From an uncultured Candidatus Saccharibacteria bacterium (lineage in GTDB: Bacteria > Patescibacteriota > Saccharimonadia > Saccharimonadales > AWTP1-31), in contig CAYMTU010000001.1 of NCBI GenBank assembly GCA_964393455.1, forward strand, positions 1 through 28,256: 28,256 bases of DNA, read 5' to 3'. This document shows positions 18,682 through 27,138 of this stretch, piece after piece. Positions within the stretch are counted from its first letter, which is position 1, and each line of letters opens with the position of its first letter. The notes beneath the pieces were generated by a model. It had not been told where the DNA came from. It ran no database searches and saw nothing but the letters and a program-made list of their open reading frames with translations. The translations under genes were made by a program, and so were the position numbers.

Positions 18682-20721
18682 ATGACCAGTGAAGACTCTG
18701 TGACGACAATTAAAGGAATTGGTGACTCTACGGCTAAGCTATTTGCATTAGTTGGAATTCATACTATATCTGACCTCATTAATTACTATCCACGTGCATA
18801 TAACGATTACTCAAACATTCAAAAAATTGTCGATATCAAACCGGGACAAGTGTCTATAAAGGCAACCATCCAACAAACATCTGGAAGATACGTTCGTCGT
18901 GGTATGCATATTACTGAAGCGGTGGCTCAAGACGATAGTGGCAGTATTCGTCTAGTTTGGTTCAATCAGCCCTACAGAAGCCAGAGCATTCAAGCAGGTA
19001 GTTCTTACTATATATCTGGCAATTTTGAACTCAGTCATCAAAAATTTGCAATTATGAACCCTGCTTGTGAAAAAGAATCTGATTTTCCAATTAACACTGC
19101 TCGCATCCTACCTATATACCGAGAAACGAAGGGGCTAAAATCTTCACACATACGTAAAGTATTGAAACAAATAGCACCGTTATTGATTAATACTCCAGAG
19201 ACTCTTCCAATGTGGATTCTTGATGACCATAGGTTACTTACTAGAAATGAGGCTGTGTATGCTATACATTTTCCAGAAAATGCCGAGCAGCTTGAAAAAG
19301 CAAAACGCCGTCTTGGATTCGAAGAAGTTTTTGAGCTAACACTTGCGGCATTGATGAACAAGGCCGCCCATGCATCAGAGCATGCGCTTCAGATTCCTTT
19401 CGACAGACAACTAGCTCAGAAATTTGTAAATAATCTCCCATTTCAGCTAACCGACGATCAGAAAAGAGTTATCTGGCAAATATATCAAGATATTGAAAAG
19501 CAGCAACCTATGAATAGACTCATTGAAGGAGACGTTGGTTCGGGAAAAACGGTCGTTGCAACCATGTCTGCATTGATGGCCTTAAAGCATGGCTTTCAGG
19601 TGGCTTTTATGGCACCCACGGAGCTTTTAGCGCGTCAACATGCAGATACAATTTATAACCTAGTAAAACCATTAGGATACGAGAGTATGGTAGGTCTTTT
19701 GGTTGGTGGATTGAAGAGCCAGCAAAAGAGCTCAATTCACACTCAAATAAAGAGCGGTGAAATTCGTTTTATAGTAGGAACACACGCCCTAATCCAAGAA
19801 CATGTTGATATGCACAGATTAGGGTTCGTAATCATAGATGAACAGCACCGCTTTGGAGTTGAACAGCGTAAAAAATTACAGGCCAAAGCAGGGCACATGC
19901 CTCACGTGTTGTCTATGACCGCTACGCCAATTCCGCGTAGTCTGGCGCTGACTCTCTATGGTGAGCTAGATATTTCAATAATATCGAGTAAACCAGCCGA
20001 TAGACTACCCATAATCACTCGTATAGCATCTCCAAACTCAATTAAAGCCTTATACGAATCAGTAGATGCACAAATAGAAACCGGTAGGCAGATGTTTGTA
20101 GTCTGTCCGCTTGTGGTTGAATCTACGCATACAGAGGGTCTTAAGTCGGCTGAAGAAACATTCAAGTATTTATCGCACGGCCCGTTCAAACATAGACGAG
20201 TCGCATTACTTCATGGAAAGATGAAACCTGCCGATAAAAGTAAAGTTATGGAAGATTTCGTTGCCCATAGATACGATATTCTGGTTTCGACCACTGTTAT
20301 AGAAGTTGGGGTTGATGTCCCAAATGCAACTGTAATGATTATCCAAAATGCGGACAGGTTTGGTTTGGCGCAACTACATCAACTTCGAGGTAGAGTTGGT
20401 CGGAGCAGTCATCAAGGGTATTGCTACGGCGTCTTATCAGATTCAAAAGCCGTCAGTCGTCGACTCCAAGCATTTGAGCAATCCAATAATGGCTTTACAT
20501 TGGCCGAACTTGATCTAGAGCTTCGAGGACCAGGGGCTATATATGGTACCTACCAGCACGGTCAGCTCGATCTAAGAGTAGCTAAACTAACAGATACAAA
20601 ACTTATAGCAAATGCCAGAAGTTCAGCTCAAGCATTTATCGATAAGAATGAAAGCCTGGTACAATATACTCATCTTGCAAACCGAGTAAATGAGCTCCAA
20701 GCAGTAACCAACTTAAACTAA
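18682..20721 (+). CDS. recG: ATP-dependent DNA helicase RecG
   Basis: N-terminal wedge/OB region (WFNQPY), RLIEGDVGSGKT, MAPTELLARQH, IIDEQHRFGV, MTATPIPRSL, RFGLAQLHQLRGRVGR, DLELRGPG. Confidence 0.97.
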   Translation: MTSEDSVTTIKGIGDSTAKLFALVGIHTISDLINYYPRAYNDYSNIQKIVDIKPGQVSIKATIQQTSGRYVRRGMHITEAVAQDDSGSIRLVWFNQPYRSQSIQAGSSYYISGNFELSHQKFAIMNPACEKESDFPINTARILPIYRETKGLKSSHIRKVLKQIAPLLINTPETLPMWILDDHRLLTRNEAVYAIHFPENAEQLEKAKRRLGFEEVFELTLAALMNKAAHASEHALQIPFDRQLAQKFVNNLPFQLTDDQKRVIWQIYQDIEKQQPMNRLIEGDVGSGKTVVATMSALMALKHGFQVAFMAPTELLARQHADTIYNLVKPLGYESMVGLLVGGLKSQQKSSIHTQIKSGEIRFIVGTHALIQEHVDMHRLGFVIIDEQHRFGVEQRKKLQAKAGHMPHVLSMTATPIPRSLALTLYGELDISIISSKPADRLPIITRIASPNSIKALYESVDAQIETGRQMFVVCPLVVESTHTEGLKSAEETFKYLSHGPFKHRRVALLHGKMKPADKSKVMEDFVAHRYDILVSTTVIEVGVDVPNATVMIIQNADRFGLAQLHQLRGRVGRSSHQGYCYGVLSDSKAVSRRLQAFEQSNNGFTLAELDLELRGPGAIYGTYQHGQLDLRVAKLTDTKLIANARSSAQAFIDKNESLVQYTHLANRVNELQAVTNLN

Positions 20722-20725
20722 CATG

Positions 20726-20761
<36 letters not shown>

Positions 20762-20782
20762 CCAAGCGAAGCGAGGACTTAG

Positions 20783-21604
20783 ATGTACGCCGGTACTACT
20801 TTAACCAATAAATCTGGAAGTATCATGGGTACTCATCAAAAAATTGATAGAGTTGCTCGCAAAAACATCAGTAAACTGGTAGTTGATGATACGCTTTTTC
20901 CTAGTAGCAAGAAAATAATTCATTTTGAAGGTAAAAATGGTCCAGATGGTATAAAACGGAAGAGTCCATCAGTGAATGAGCCCTGGCATTTTTTCAATCC
21001 GTTTAATGATAGTGACAAAACGCTTGTACACCAAATCCAAGCACATTACGATTTACTCGTAAAAGAATTACAAAGTGGCAATCAAGAAAGAGTTGCTTTT
21101 GAAGCTGCCTGGCTTTCGCACGCTATAGTAGACGGACTTACACCAGCTCACCATTATCCGTACGAAGAAAAACTGAGTGAATTACGTGGTGGCGAAGGAA
21201 ATGAAACCCGAAGTAGCATTAAGCAAAAAGTACTCATTCCTGGTAGCACGCGCAGAGAGCTAGTAAAGAACAACTGGAAAATGTGGGGGCACAAAGGCTT
21301 GATCAGTACGCACGGGATGTTTGAGATGGGCGTTGCCGCTATAATTGCTCCCCTGGGATTCGCAGACAGTTTACCGACACATGAAGAAATAGATAAAGTG
21401 CTCGAAATCGGGATATCAGAATGGTTTACCCGGACAGCGAGAGAAATTGCGATCCTAGATATGTATACTCGATACTATAAGCGTGGTTGGACGACCAAAC
21501 TAACACTTGATGTACGCAATAAATTACTTCCTCAAATTATTAAAACCGTCACGCTAGCATGGTACGGAGCGTTAATTGAATCGAAAGTCATTCGAAATCT
21601 ATGA
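20783..21604 (+). CDS. Hypothetical protein with a phospholipase C / S1-P1 nuclease-like zinc-ligand pattern
   Basis: Ordered candidate ligands: HQKID, DGIK, WHF, WLSHAIVDGLTPAHH (HxxxD-x-PxH) and THGMFE (HxxxE). The spacing parallels the trinuclear-Zn PLC/P1 fold. Fold assignment is inferred. Confidence 0.55.
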   Translation: MYAGTTLTNKSGSIMGTHQKIDRVARKNISKLVVDDTLFPSSKKIIHFEGKNGPDGIKRKSPSVNEPWHFFNPFNDSDKTLVHQIQAHYDLLVKELQSGNQERVAFEAAWLSHAIVDGLTPAHHYPYEEKLSELRGGEGNETRSSIKQKVLIPGSTRRELVKNNWKMWGHKGLISTHGMFEMGVAAIIAPLGFADSLPTHEEIDKVLEIGISEWFTRTAREIAILDMYTRYYKRGWTTKLTLDVRNKLLPQIIKTVTLAWYGALIESKVIRNL

Positions 21605-22137
21605 GAATTATATCCGGTGAACTACGGGGTCGACAGTTTAATTCACCCAAAGGTCATCGCACTCATCCGATGGGTGACCGCGTACGTACAGCACTATTTA
21701 ATACACTGGGTGATATTTCGGGACTTACGATATTAGACGCTTTTGCTGGCAGTGGAGCTTTAACGTTTGAAGCTATTAGCCGTGGTGCTAGAAACGCTGT
21801 TACACTCGAGATCGACCACGATGCATATGAAGTTATCCAGCAAAACGCCAACGATTTGGGAATTGCAGATAAAATCAATGTCCAGCATATTAACGCACGC
21901 TCATGGTCATATCGCAATAACACTGAACGTTTTGATATTGTATTCTGCGATCCGCCGTACAATCAACTCCAGGAAACAATCCTTGAAAAACTAGCTAAAC
22001 ACGCACAAATTGGAGGTATTCTAGTCTATTCTATGCCACCACATGGAGATATACGCTTACCTATGGAAAAGTACGAACTCATAACTACCAAGACGTATGG
22101 CGACGCAATGCTCGCTTTTTACCGCAAATTAGCATGA
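21601..22137 (+). CDS. rsmD: RsmD-family 16S rRNA m2G966-type methyltransferase
   Basis: MRIISGELRGR, P..DRVRTALFN.L, LDAFAGSGAL.FEAISRGA, DIVFCDPPY. ATGA overlap with the upstream gene. Confidence 0.92.
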   Translation: MRIISGELRGRQFNSPKGHRTHPMGDRVRTALFNTLGDISGLTILDAFAGSGALTFEAISRGARNAVTLEIDHDAYEVIQQNANDLGIADKINVQHINARSWSYRNNTERFDIVFCDPPYNQLQETILEKLAKHAQIGGILVYSMPPHGDIRLPMEKYELITTKTYGDAMLAFYRKLA

Positions 22138-22162
22138 CAAAAACAGATAGAAGTGCTAGAAT
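22134..22162 (+). promoter_or_regulatory. Promoter for the tRNA-Leu locus, overlapping the rsmD stop
   Basis: ATGACA (22134-22139), 17 nt, TG-C-TAGAAT (-10 at 22157-22162). A second TATAAT lies at 22238-22243. Confidence 0.55.
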
Positions 22163-22210
22163 TTGACTTGTCTTCACCAATTATGTGGCTAAATGATCAC
22201 ATACAAATGC

Positions 22211-22258
22211 GCGCGAGTGGTGGTCTGCGTGAACGCATATAATCGTAGACACGCAAGC
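22211..22258 (+). repeat. Interrupted duplicate of the tRNA-Leu 5' half
   Basis: GCGCGAGTGGTGG (13/13 identical to 22311-22323), a 21-nt replacement of the D-loop AATTG, then GTAGACACGCaAGC (13/14 identical to 22329-22342). Confidence 0.8.
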
Positions 22259-22310
22259 GTGTTGTCCGAAAAGACACTAATCTAAATACAATTTGTTTGT
22301 TTAACATTAC

Positions 22311-22395
22311 GCGCGAGTGGTGGAATTGGTAGACACGCTAGCCTTAGGAGCTAGTGCCGCAAGGCGTGAAGGTTCAAGTCCTTTCTCGCGCACCA
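22311..22395 (+). tRNA. tRNA-Leu (anticodon TAG), CCA encoded
   Basis: Acceptor GCGCGAG/CTCGCGC plus ACCA, D-loop TGGAATTGGTAGAC, anticodon arm CTAGC-ctTAGga-GCTAG, long variable arm GCC-GCAA-GGC, T-arm GAAGG-TTCAAGT-CCTTT. Confidence 0.97.
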
Positions 22396-22434
22396 AATAA
22401 AATAGTCCTGTTTCATGCAGGGCTCTTTTATTTT
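22395..22434. terminator. Bidirectional-type intrinsic terminator after tRNA-Leu
   Basis: AAATAAAA..AGTCCTG-tttcatg-CAGGGCT..TTTTATTTT. Confidence 0.65.
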
Positions 22435-22445
22435 ATGACGAACAA

Positions 22446-22581
22446 GATTTGAACCTTCACGGCAGATTGCCATGGGCAATATGCGAGCGTGATTGGTCGC
22501 GTATCGAATCGTATCACAGGAGTTTACTCCGAGAAACGATGAGAGGAGGAGGCGAAGCCGATAGTCCTTCCTCGCGTACCA
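22446..22581 (+). other. tRNA-derived structured element: antisense T-arm copy, internal hairpins and a duplicated tRNA 3' end
   Basis: GATTTGAACCTTCACG is the reverse complement of tRNA 22365-22380 (15/16). AGTCCTTCCTCGCGTACCA (22563-22581) matches tRNA 22377-22395 (17/19). Internal stems: GCA-ATTGCC/GGCAAT-TGC, ATCGT/ACGAT, GGAG/CTCC and GGC-gaa-GCC. Confidence 0.8.
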
Positions 22582-22710
22582 GACGACGGAGAGTACGTTA
22601 TTATTAATTCATAGGTTCAAGAACAAATTTCGAGCGACACGGTTTTTCTACTACTAGACTAGTATTTGTAACTTGGTTTTGTAAATATCTTTAATTGCTA
22701 TACTTACTGC

Positions 22711-23394
22711 ATGACAGATAATCCTAATAATGAATTTCTCAATAATTTACCAGAACTTGATATTAGAGATGCATTGGATGAATTTGAAACAGAATTAGAA
22801 AGCATTCTACCAATACTTCCAGATTCTTTTGAAATCACTATAAGCTACATCAATTCCGATAAACCAGCTCTAGTTGATGACGGCGATATTTGGTACCACG
22901 CAATTGGTGGAAGTGCCATCACTAATGAGCACATAGATCTAACAGTCGACCAACGAATCGATTTGACTAAAACTAACCTATTAAAGCAAATAAGAGAGAC
23001 CTATTTTCATGAGAGATTTCATATTGCTAGAGGTTATAGCTTCGAAAGTAAAGGATTAACATTACTTGATGTTGCAATTGAAGAGGGTTTAGCGGTTAAA
23101 TTTGAAACAATCCATGCTGAAGCAAATCCATGGTATGGAGAATACGGTAGCAGAAAAGCAATGAAAACAACACTTAGAGAAGTTACTGAAGCAGATAATC
23201 AACAACACACCATCGACTGGGATAAATGGAAATTTTACGACCCTGAAACCGATAGACATTGGATCCTATACAGGTTGGGTACATTTATAGCAGACGAAGT
23301 CTTAATAAATAACCCTGAACTACAAATTCAAGATCTAGTTACTCTTGACCGCGATACAATTCTTAGAAAATCTAAATTACTAGAATCTACTTAA
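22711..23394 (+). CDS. DUF2268-like putative Zn-dependent protease
   Basis: TYFHERFHIARG (HExxH), then LLDVAIEEGLAVKF (EG motif) and a late YRLG. TG-C-TATACT lies 6 nt before the ATG. Confidence 0.7.
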   Translation: MTDNPNNEFLNNLPELDIRDALDEFETELESILPILPDSFEITISYINSDKPALVDDGDIWYHAIGGSAITNEHIDLTVDQRIDLTKTNLLKQIRETYFHERFHIARGYSFESKGLTLLDVAIEEGLAVKFETIHAEANPWYGEYGSRKAMKTTLREVTEADNQQHTIDWDKWKFYDPETDRHWILYRLGTFIADEVLINNPELQIQDLVTLDRDTILRKSKLLEST

Positions 23395-24055
23395 GCTTCT
23401 TCAACTCTTCATATCTAAATGCTGGAGCTACCGAATAGCAGACTGCCAGAATTGCAGATGTAATACTGCCAACAAAACCAAACACTGATATGAATGAGAT
23501 AAGTACACTTACGCCTATGACTGCCCAGACGGCACCCGAATATGGCTTTGTCAGATCAGCACTTTGTTTCATTGATTCAAAGATACCAAGCTTTTTGTCG
23601 GCCATTACATATGGGGAAAATACGTATCTTCGTATAAAGATTAATCCAGGAACAATAAATGCAATTAATCCCAAAACAACTACCGCACTTACAACTATCC
23701 CGAGGCCAATCATTTTGAAAGTATTATCTCGAGCAAATTCCCACAGAGCATTCATCGTTGGTTTATTGCCCCTAGCAACACTAAGCTGTAACTTAATTGA
23801 CATCGTGTATAAGACTATTGATACGATAAGTGCAACGGTAAATATTCCAGCACCCTGAGAACTGATAGTCGGAAAGCCTGTCGCTTCTTCAGGTACTTTT
23901 ATCTGCAAACTCAGAATAAGTTGAGCAACCAGACCAAATCCACCAACAACAATAAAAAGAAAAAGATTCTGCACTATAGCGTTATAGCTTTTAGGAAATA
24001 ACGAAAAAGCGCTAACAGGAGTATTTTTTTTAATTATCTTGTTCTTTGCTGTCAT
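23387..24055 (-). CDS. Multi-pass membrane protein of unknown function
   Basis: Four to five hydrophobic segments and a G...IFESMKQSADLTK loop typical of DUF975/GPDPase-membrane-domain-like proteins. Start uncertain (24055 or 24106). Overlaps the convergent gene's end by 8 nt. Confidence 0.7.
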   Translation of the reverse strand: MTAKNKIIKKNTPVSAFSLFPKSYNAIVQNLFLFIVVGGFGLVAQLILSLQIKVPEEATGFPTISSQGAGIFTVALIVSIVLYTMSIKLQLSVARGNKPTMNALWEFARDNTFKMIGLGIVVSAVVVLGLIAFIVPGLIFIRRYVFSPYVMADKKLGIFESMKQSADLTKPYSGAVWAVIGVSVLISFISVFGFVGSITSAILAVCYSVAPAFRYEELKKLK

Positions 24056-24134
24056 ACTATACTTATCTAGTTCCCTTAAGTCTGTATTATGAATTAGTTC
24101 TAACATTTCAGCAATAAGCTATACTAAAAGACAT

Positions 24135-25442
24135 ATGACACTTTCAACCCAACCATACAAAGGCGCCCGAGACTTCTACCCAGAAGACAAGCGCATTCAA
24201 AAATATATGTTTAACACACTTCGCCGTGTAGTAGAGCGCTACGGTTACGAAGAATACGATGCGCCCATACTAGAAAGTATCGAACTTTACCGAGCCAAAT
24301 CAGGTGAAGAGATTGTCAACGAGCAAACGTACTCTTTTAGCGACCGTGGTGGTCGTGAGGTGGTTATTCGTCCAGAAATGACACCGACTGTTAGTCGGAT
24401 GGTTGCAGCGAGACGTCAGGAACTGGGCTACCCGCTGCGATGGTATAGTATTCCAAACTTATGGCGATACGAACGTCCTCAAAAAGGTAGGCTTCGTGAG
24501 CACTGGCAGCTGAATGTAGATATATTTGGCATGAAAGATATCTCTGCTGAACATGAATTAATACTGATTACTGATTCAATCATGCGCGAATTTAATGCGA
24601 CTCGAGAGATGTACGATATCAAGCTGAATAGCCGTAAGCTCATGGATTACATAATGAAAGACTACTTAGGTCTGGACGAAGTACAAACACACACATTATC
24701 AAAACTTATTGACCGTATGCATAAAATAGAACGCTCAGCTTTTGTTGCAGGATGCGATGCGTTACTTCGTCCTTCACAGAGAGACACAGGACTCAGTCAA
24801 AAACTACTCGATATACTAGCTGTTAAGAGCATAAACGAACTACCATCGCCAGTACTTAAATCAGGTATCAGCAACGACCTAGCATCACTTATTGAATTAC
24901 TCAAAGACAGTGGAGTAACAAATGTTTCCTTTGATATTAGTATCATGAGAGGGTTTGATTACTATACAGATATCGTATTTGAAATGAACGATACAGACCC
25001 TGAAAACAATCGTGCCATGATGGGCGGTGGAAGGTACGATGGACTCGTCGGATTATTTGGTGTCGAGCCTGTACCAACAGTAGGTTTTGGATGGGGTGAT
25101 GTCACGTTACTTAATTTCTTAAAAGCGCATAACCTGCTAGAAAACTCTGTTTCAGAAACAGAAATATACGCCATCATGGTTGGCGATGTATACCCCCGCG
25201 CCCAAAAGCTTTTATCTTCACTTCGAAATGAAGGTGTTACTGTAGCCGTAGATAATACCGGTAAAAAATTAGCTAACGTCATCAAGAATGCGAGCAAAAA
25301 AAATATTCGCTACGCATTGTTCATAGGAGAAAAAGAGCTAGAAGAAGAACGATACAACTTAAAAGACCTGCAAACAAGTACCGAGGAAACGCTCAGCCCT
25401 GAACGAATTATCAGTAAAGTTCTCGATAATAGAAACAATTAA
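24135..25442 (+). CDS. hisS: Histidine--tRNA ligase
   Basis: KGARDFYPE, RPEMTPTVSR, WRYERPQKGRLREHWQLNVD, RGFDYYT, GGGRYDGL, VGFGWG, C-terminal anticodon-binding domain. Confidence 0.97.
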   Translation: MTLSTQPYKGARDFYPEDKRIQKYMFNTLRRVVERYGYEEYDAPILESIELYRAKSGEEIVNEQTYSFSDRGGREVVIRPEMTPTVSRMVAARRQELGYPLRWYSIPNLWRYERPQKGRLREHWQLNVDIFGMKDISAEHELILITDSIMREFNATREMYDIKLNSRKLMDYIMKDYLGLDEVQTHTLSKLIDRMHKIERSAFVAGCDALLRPSQRDTGLSQKLLDILAVKSINELPSPVLKSGISNDLASLIELLKDSGVTNVSFDISIMRGFDYYTDIVFEMNDTDPENNRAMMGGGRYDGLVGLFGVEPVPTVGFGWGDVTLLNFLKAHNLLENSVSETEIYAIMVGDVYPRAQKLLSSLRNEGVTVAVDNTGKKLANVIKNASKKNIRYALFIGEKELEEERYNLKDLQTSTEETLSPERIISKVLDNRNN

Positions 25443-25492
25443 CAGATAATAAGTCTCGTAAAATACGCTCATTTCTTGTATACTACTTTTCT

Positions 25493-26776
25493 ATGCAAAT
25501 AAAACTCATCCACAATACCGATACAAATGTAACCTTAAGCATCGTAGCCGACGAAGAAACGTTGGCAAAAATCAAAGATAGTACACTGCGAAAATTCAAT
25601 ACAAGCAACCTTAAGATTGCTGGTTTTCGTGCTGGAAAAGCACCTCTGGAAATTGTCGAAAAGCACGTCGATCAACAAGCATTACAGTCCGAATTTATCG
25701 ATACGGTACTTAACCATTACTACGTTCAAGCAATGACCAAAGAAAATCTCCGCGTCGTCAGTCAACCAACAGTCAACCTAAAGAAATTCGTGCCATTTTC
25801 TACATTTGAATTCGACGTGACTGTCGATGTACTTGGTGACGTAACGCTACCTGACTATACGAAAATCAAAAAAACTAAAAAGGTTGCGAGCGTATCGGCA
25901 GAACAAGTAAAAGACGTTATCGAATCGCTCCGAAAACGTCTTGCTGAAAAGAAAGATGTATCGCGAGCAGCAAAAGAAGGCGACGAAGTAACCATTGACT
26001 TTAAGGGTGTTGACGCCAAAGGGAAAGCTGTTGATGGTGCCGAAGGCAAGAGCTATCCACTACTACTGGGGAGTAATACGTTCATTCCCGGTTTTGAGCC
26101 AAAAGTTGTAGGTATAAAAAAGGGCGAAGAGAAAACGTTTACGATTCCATTTCCAAAAGATTACGCTGTCGCAGCGCTTCAAGGTAAAAAAGTAACCTTC
26201 ACCATAACTGCTCAAAATATCCAAGAATTAACTCTACCCAAAGCCGATGACGAATTTGCTTCTAAAGCCGGTCCGTTCAATACGCTTAAAGACCTAAAAG
26301 AAGATATTAAGAAGCAATTAACGCTTGAGCAGCAAAATGAACTTGACCGTGAATTCGAGACAGAAATTTTGCGAGAAATTGCCAAGAAAGCAAAAGTAGC
26401 CATTCCTGACAGTGTTATTGACGAGCAGGTTTTGCGTTCAGAAGAAGATGAAAAACGTAATCTCACCTATCGTGGTATAACGTGGAAAGAGCATCTGGAA
26501 TCGGAAGGTGTAACTGAAGAAGAACATCGTAAGCGCAATCGTCCAGACGCTGAAGAGCAGGTAAAAATAGGTATTATACTTGGAGCAATTGGCGATAAAG
26601 AAAATATCACCGTAACTCCTGAGGAGCTAGAAATTAGAATGCAGTTACTGAAGGGTCAGTACACAGACCCTGCAATGCAATCCGAACTCGACAAGCCTGA
26701 GGGACGTCAAGATATTGCTGCGAGGTTACGTAGTGAAAAAATTATTGCTAAACTCACTAGTTTCGCTTCATCGTAG
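25493..26776 (+). CDS. tig: Trigger factor
   Basis: Ribosome-binding signature IAGFRAGKAP, FKBP domain (GDEVTIDFKG, LGSNTFIPGFE..VVG), C-terminal chaperone domain. Confidence 0.95.
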   Translation: MQIKLIHNTDTNVTLSIVADEETLAKIKDSTLRKFNTSNLKIAGFRAGKAPLEIVEKHVDQQALQSEFIDTVLNHYYVQAMTKENLRVVSQPTVNLKKFVPFSTFEFDVTVDVLGDVTLPDYTKIKKTKKVASVSAEQVKDVIESLRKRLAEKKDVSRAAKEGDEVTIDFKGVDAKGKAVDGAEGKSYPLLLGSNTFIPGFEPKVVGIKKGEEKTFTIPFPKDYAVAALQGKKVTFTITAQNIQELTLPKADDEFASKAGPFNTLKDLKEDIKKQLTLEQQNELDREFETEILREIAKKAKVAIPDSVIDEQVLRSEEDEKRNLTYRGITWKEHLESEGVTEEEHRKRNRPDAEEQVKIGIILGAIGDKENITVTPEELEIRMQLLKGQYTDPAMQSELDKPEGRQDIAARLRSEKIIAKLTSFASS

Positions 26777-26793
26777 ATCGATACATACTATAT

Positions 26794-27090
26794 ATGAAAC
26801 AACACCCAGAAATTGAAGATTGCTTGATTATTGACCTCGTCGACAAGGATGTTATTCGAAACGCGCTAACTGAAGCGGCAGAAGTAATAGAAATACATCG
26901 CTGTAGCTATGAAGAGTTAATTCATGTGCTCAACGATAAACCTGAAACAGATTTCCCTATTCAAATGAAGGGCATAGATGCCAAGTATATTCTTGGAGCA
27001 TTAATGAATAGTTCAGAGAACAATGGTAACGATAGTCCGGCGGGTTTACTAATCGAGGAATTCAAAATAGACGGTCCCTGCCGACATTAA
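26794..27090 (+). CDS. Hypothetical acidic 98-aa protein
   Basis: Fills the tig-clpP gap on the same strand with no competing ORF. No recognisable motif. Confidence 0.6.
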   Translation: MKQHPEIEDCLIIDLVDKDVIRNALTEAAEVIEIHRCSYEELIHVLNDKPETDFPIQMKGIDAKYILGALMNSSENNGNDSPAGLLIEEFKIDGPCRH

Positions 27091-27093
27091 TAG

Positions 27094-27131
27094 TTAGCAC
27101 TCTTGACTTTAGAGTGCCAGTTTTCTACAAT
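27094..27131 (+). promoter_or_regulatory. CIRCE operator overlapping the clpP promoter
   Basis: TTAGCACTC-N9(ttgacttta)-GAGTGCCAG (27094-27120). -35 TTGACT (27103-27108), 17 nt, -10 TACAAT (27126-27131). Confidence 0.88.
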
Positions 27132-27138
27132 TAATCGT

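Noticed and set aside
22211-22581. Prophage/genomic island with attL/attR, or a second complete or intron-containing tRNA
   Set aside because: No integrase, and only about 170 nt between the 3' repeats. The upstream copy has no anticodon arm or 3' half of its own, and no group I/II intron core is visible.
27103-27138. TTG start for ClpP in the ORF track
   Set aside because: The TTG is the -35 box inside CIRCE, upstream of the predicted TSS.
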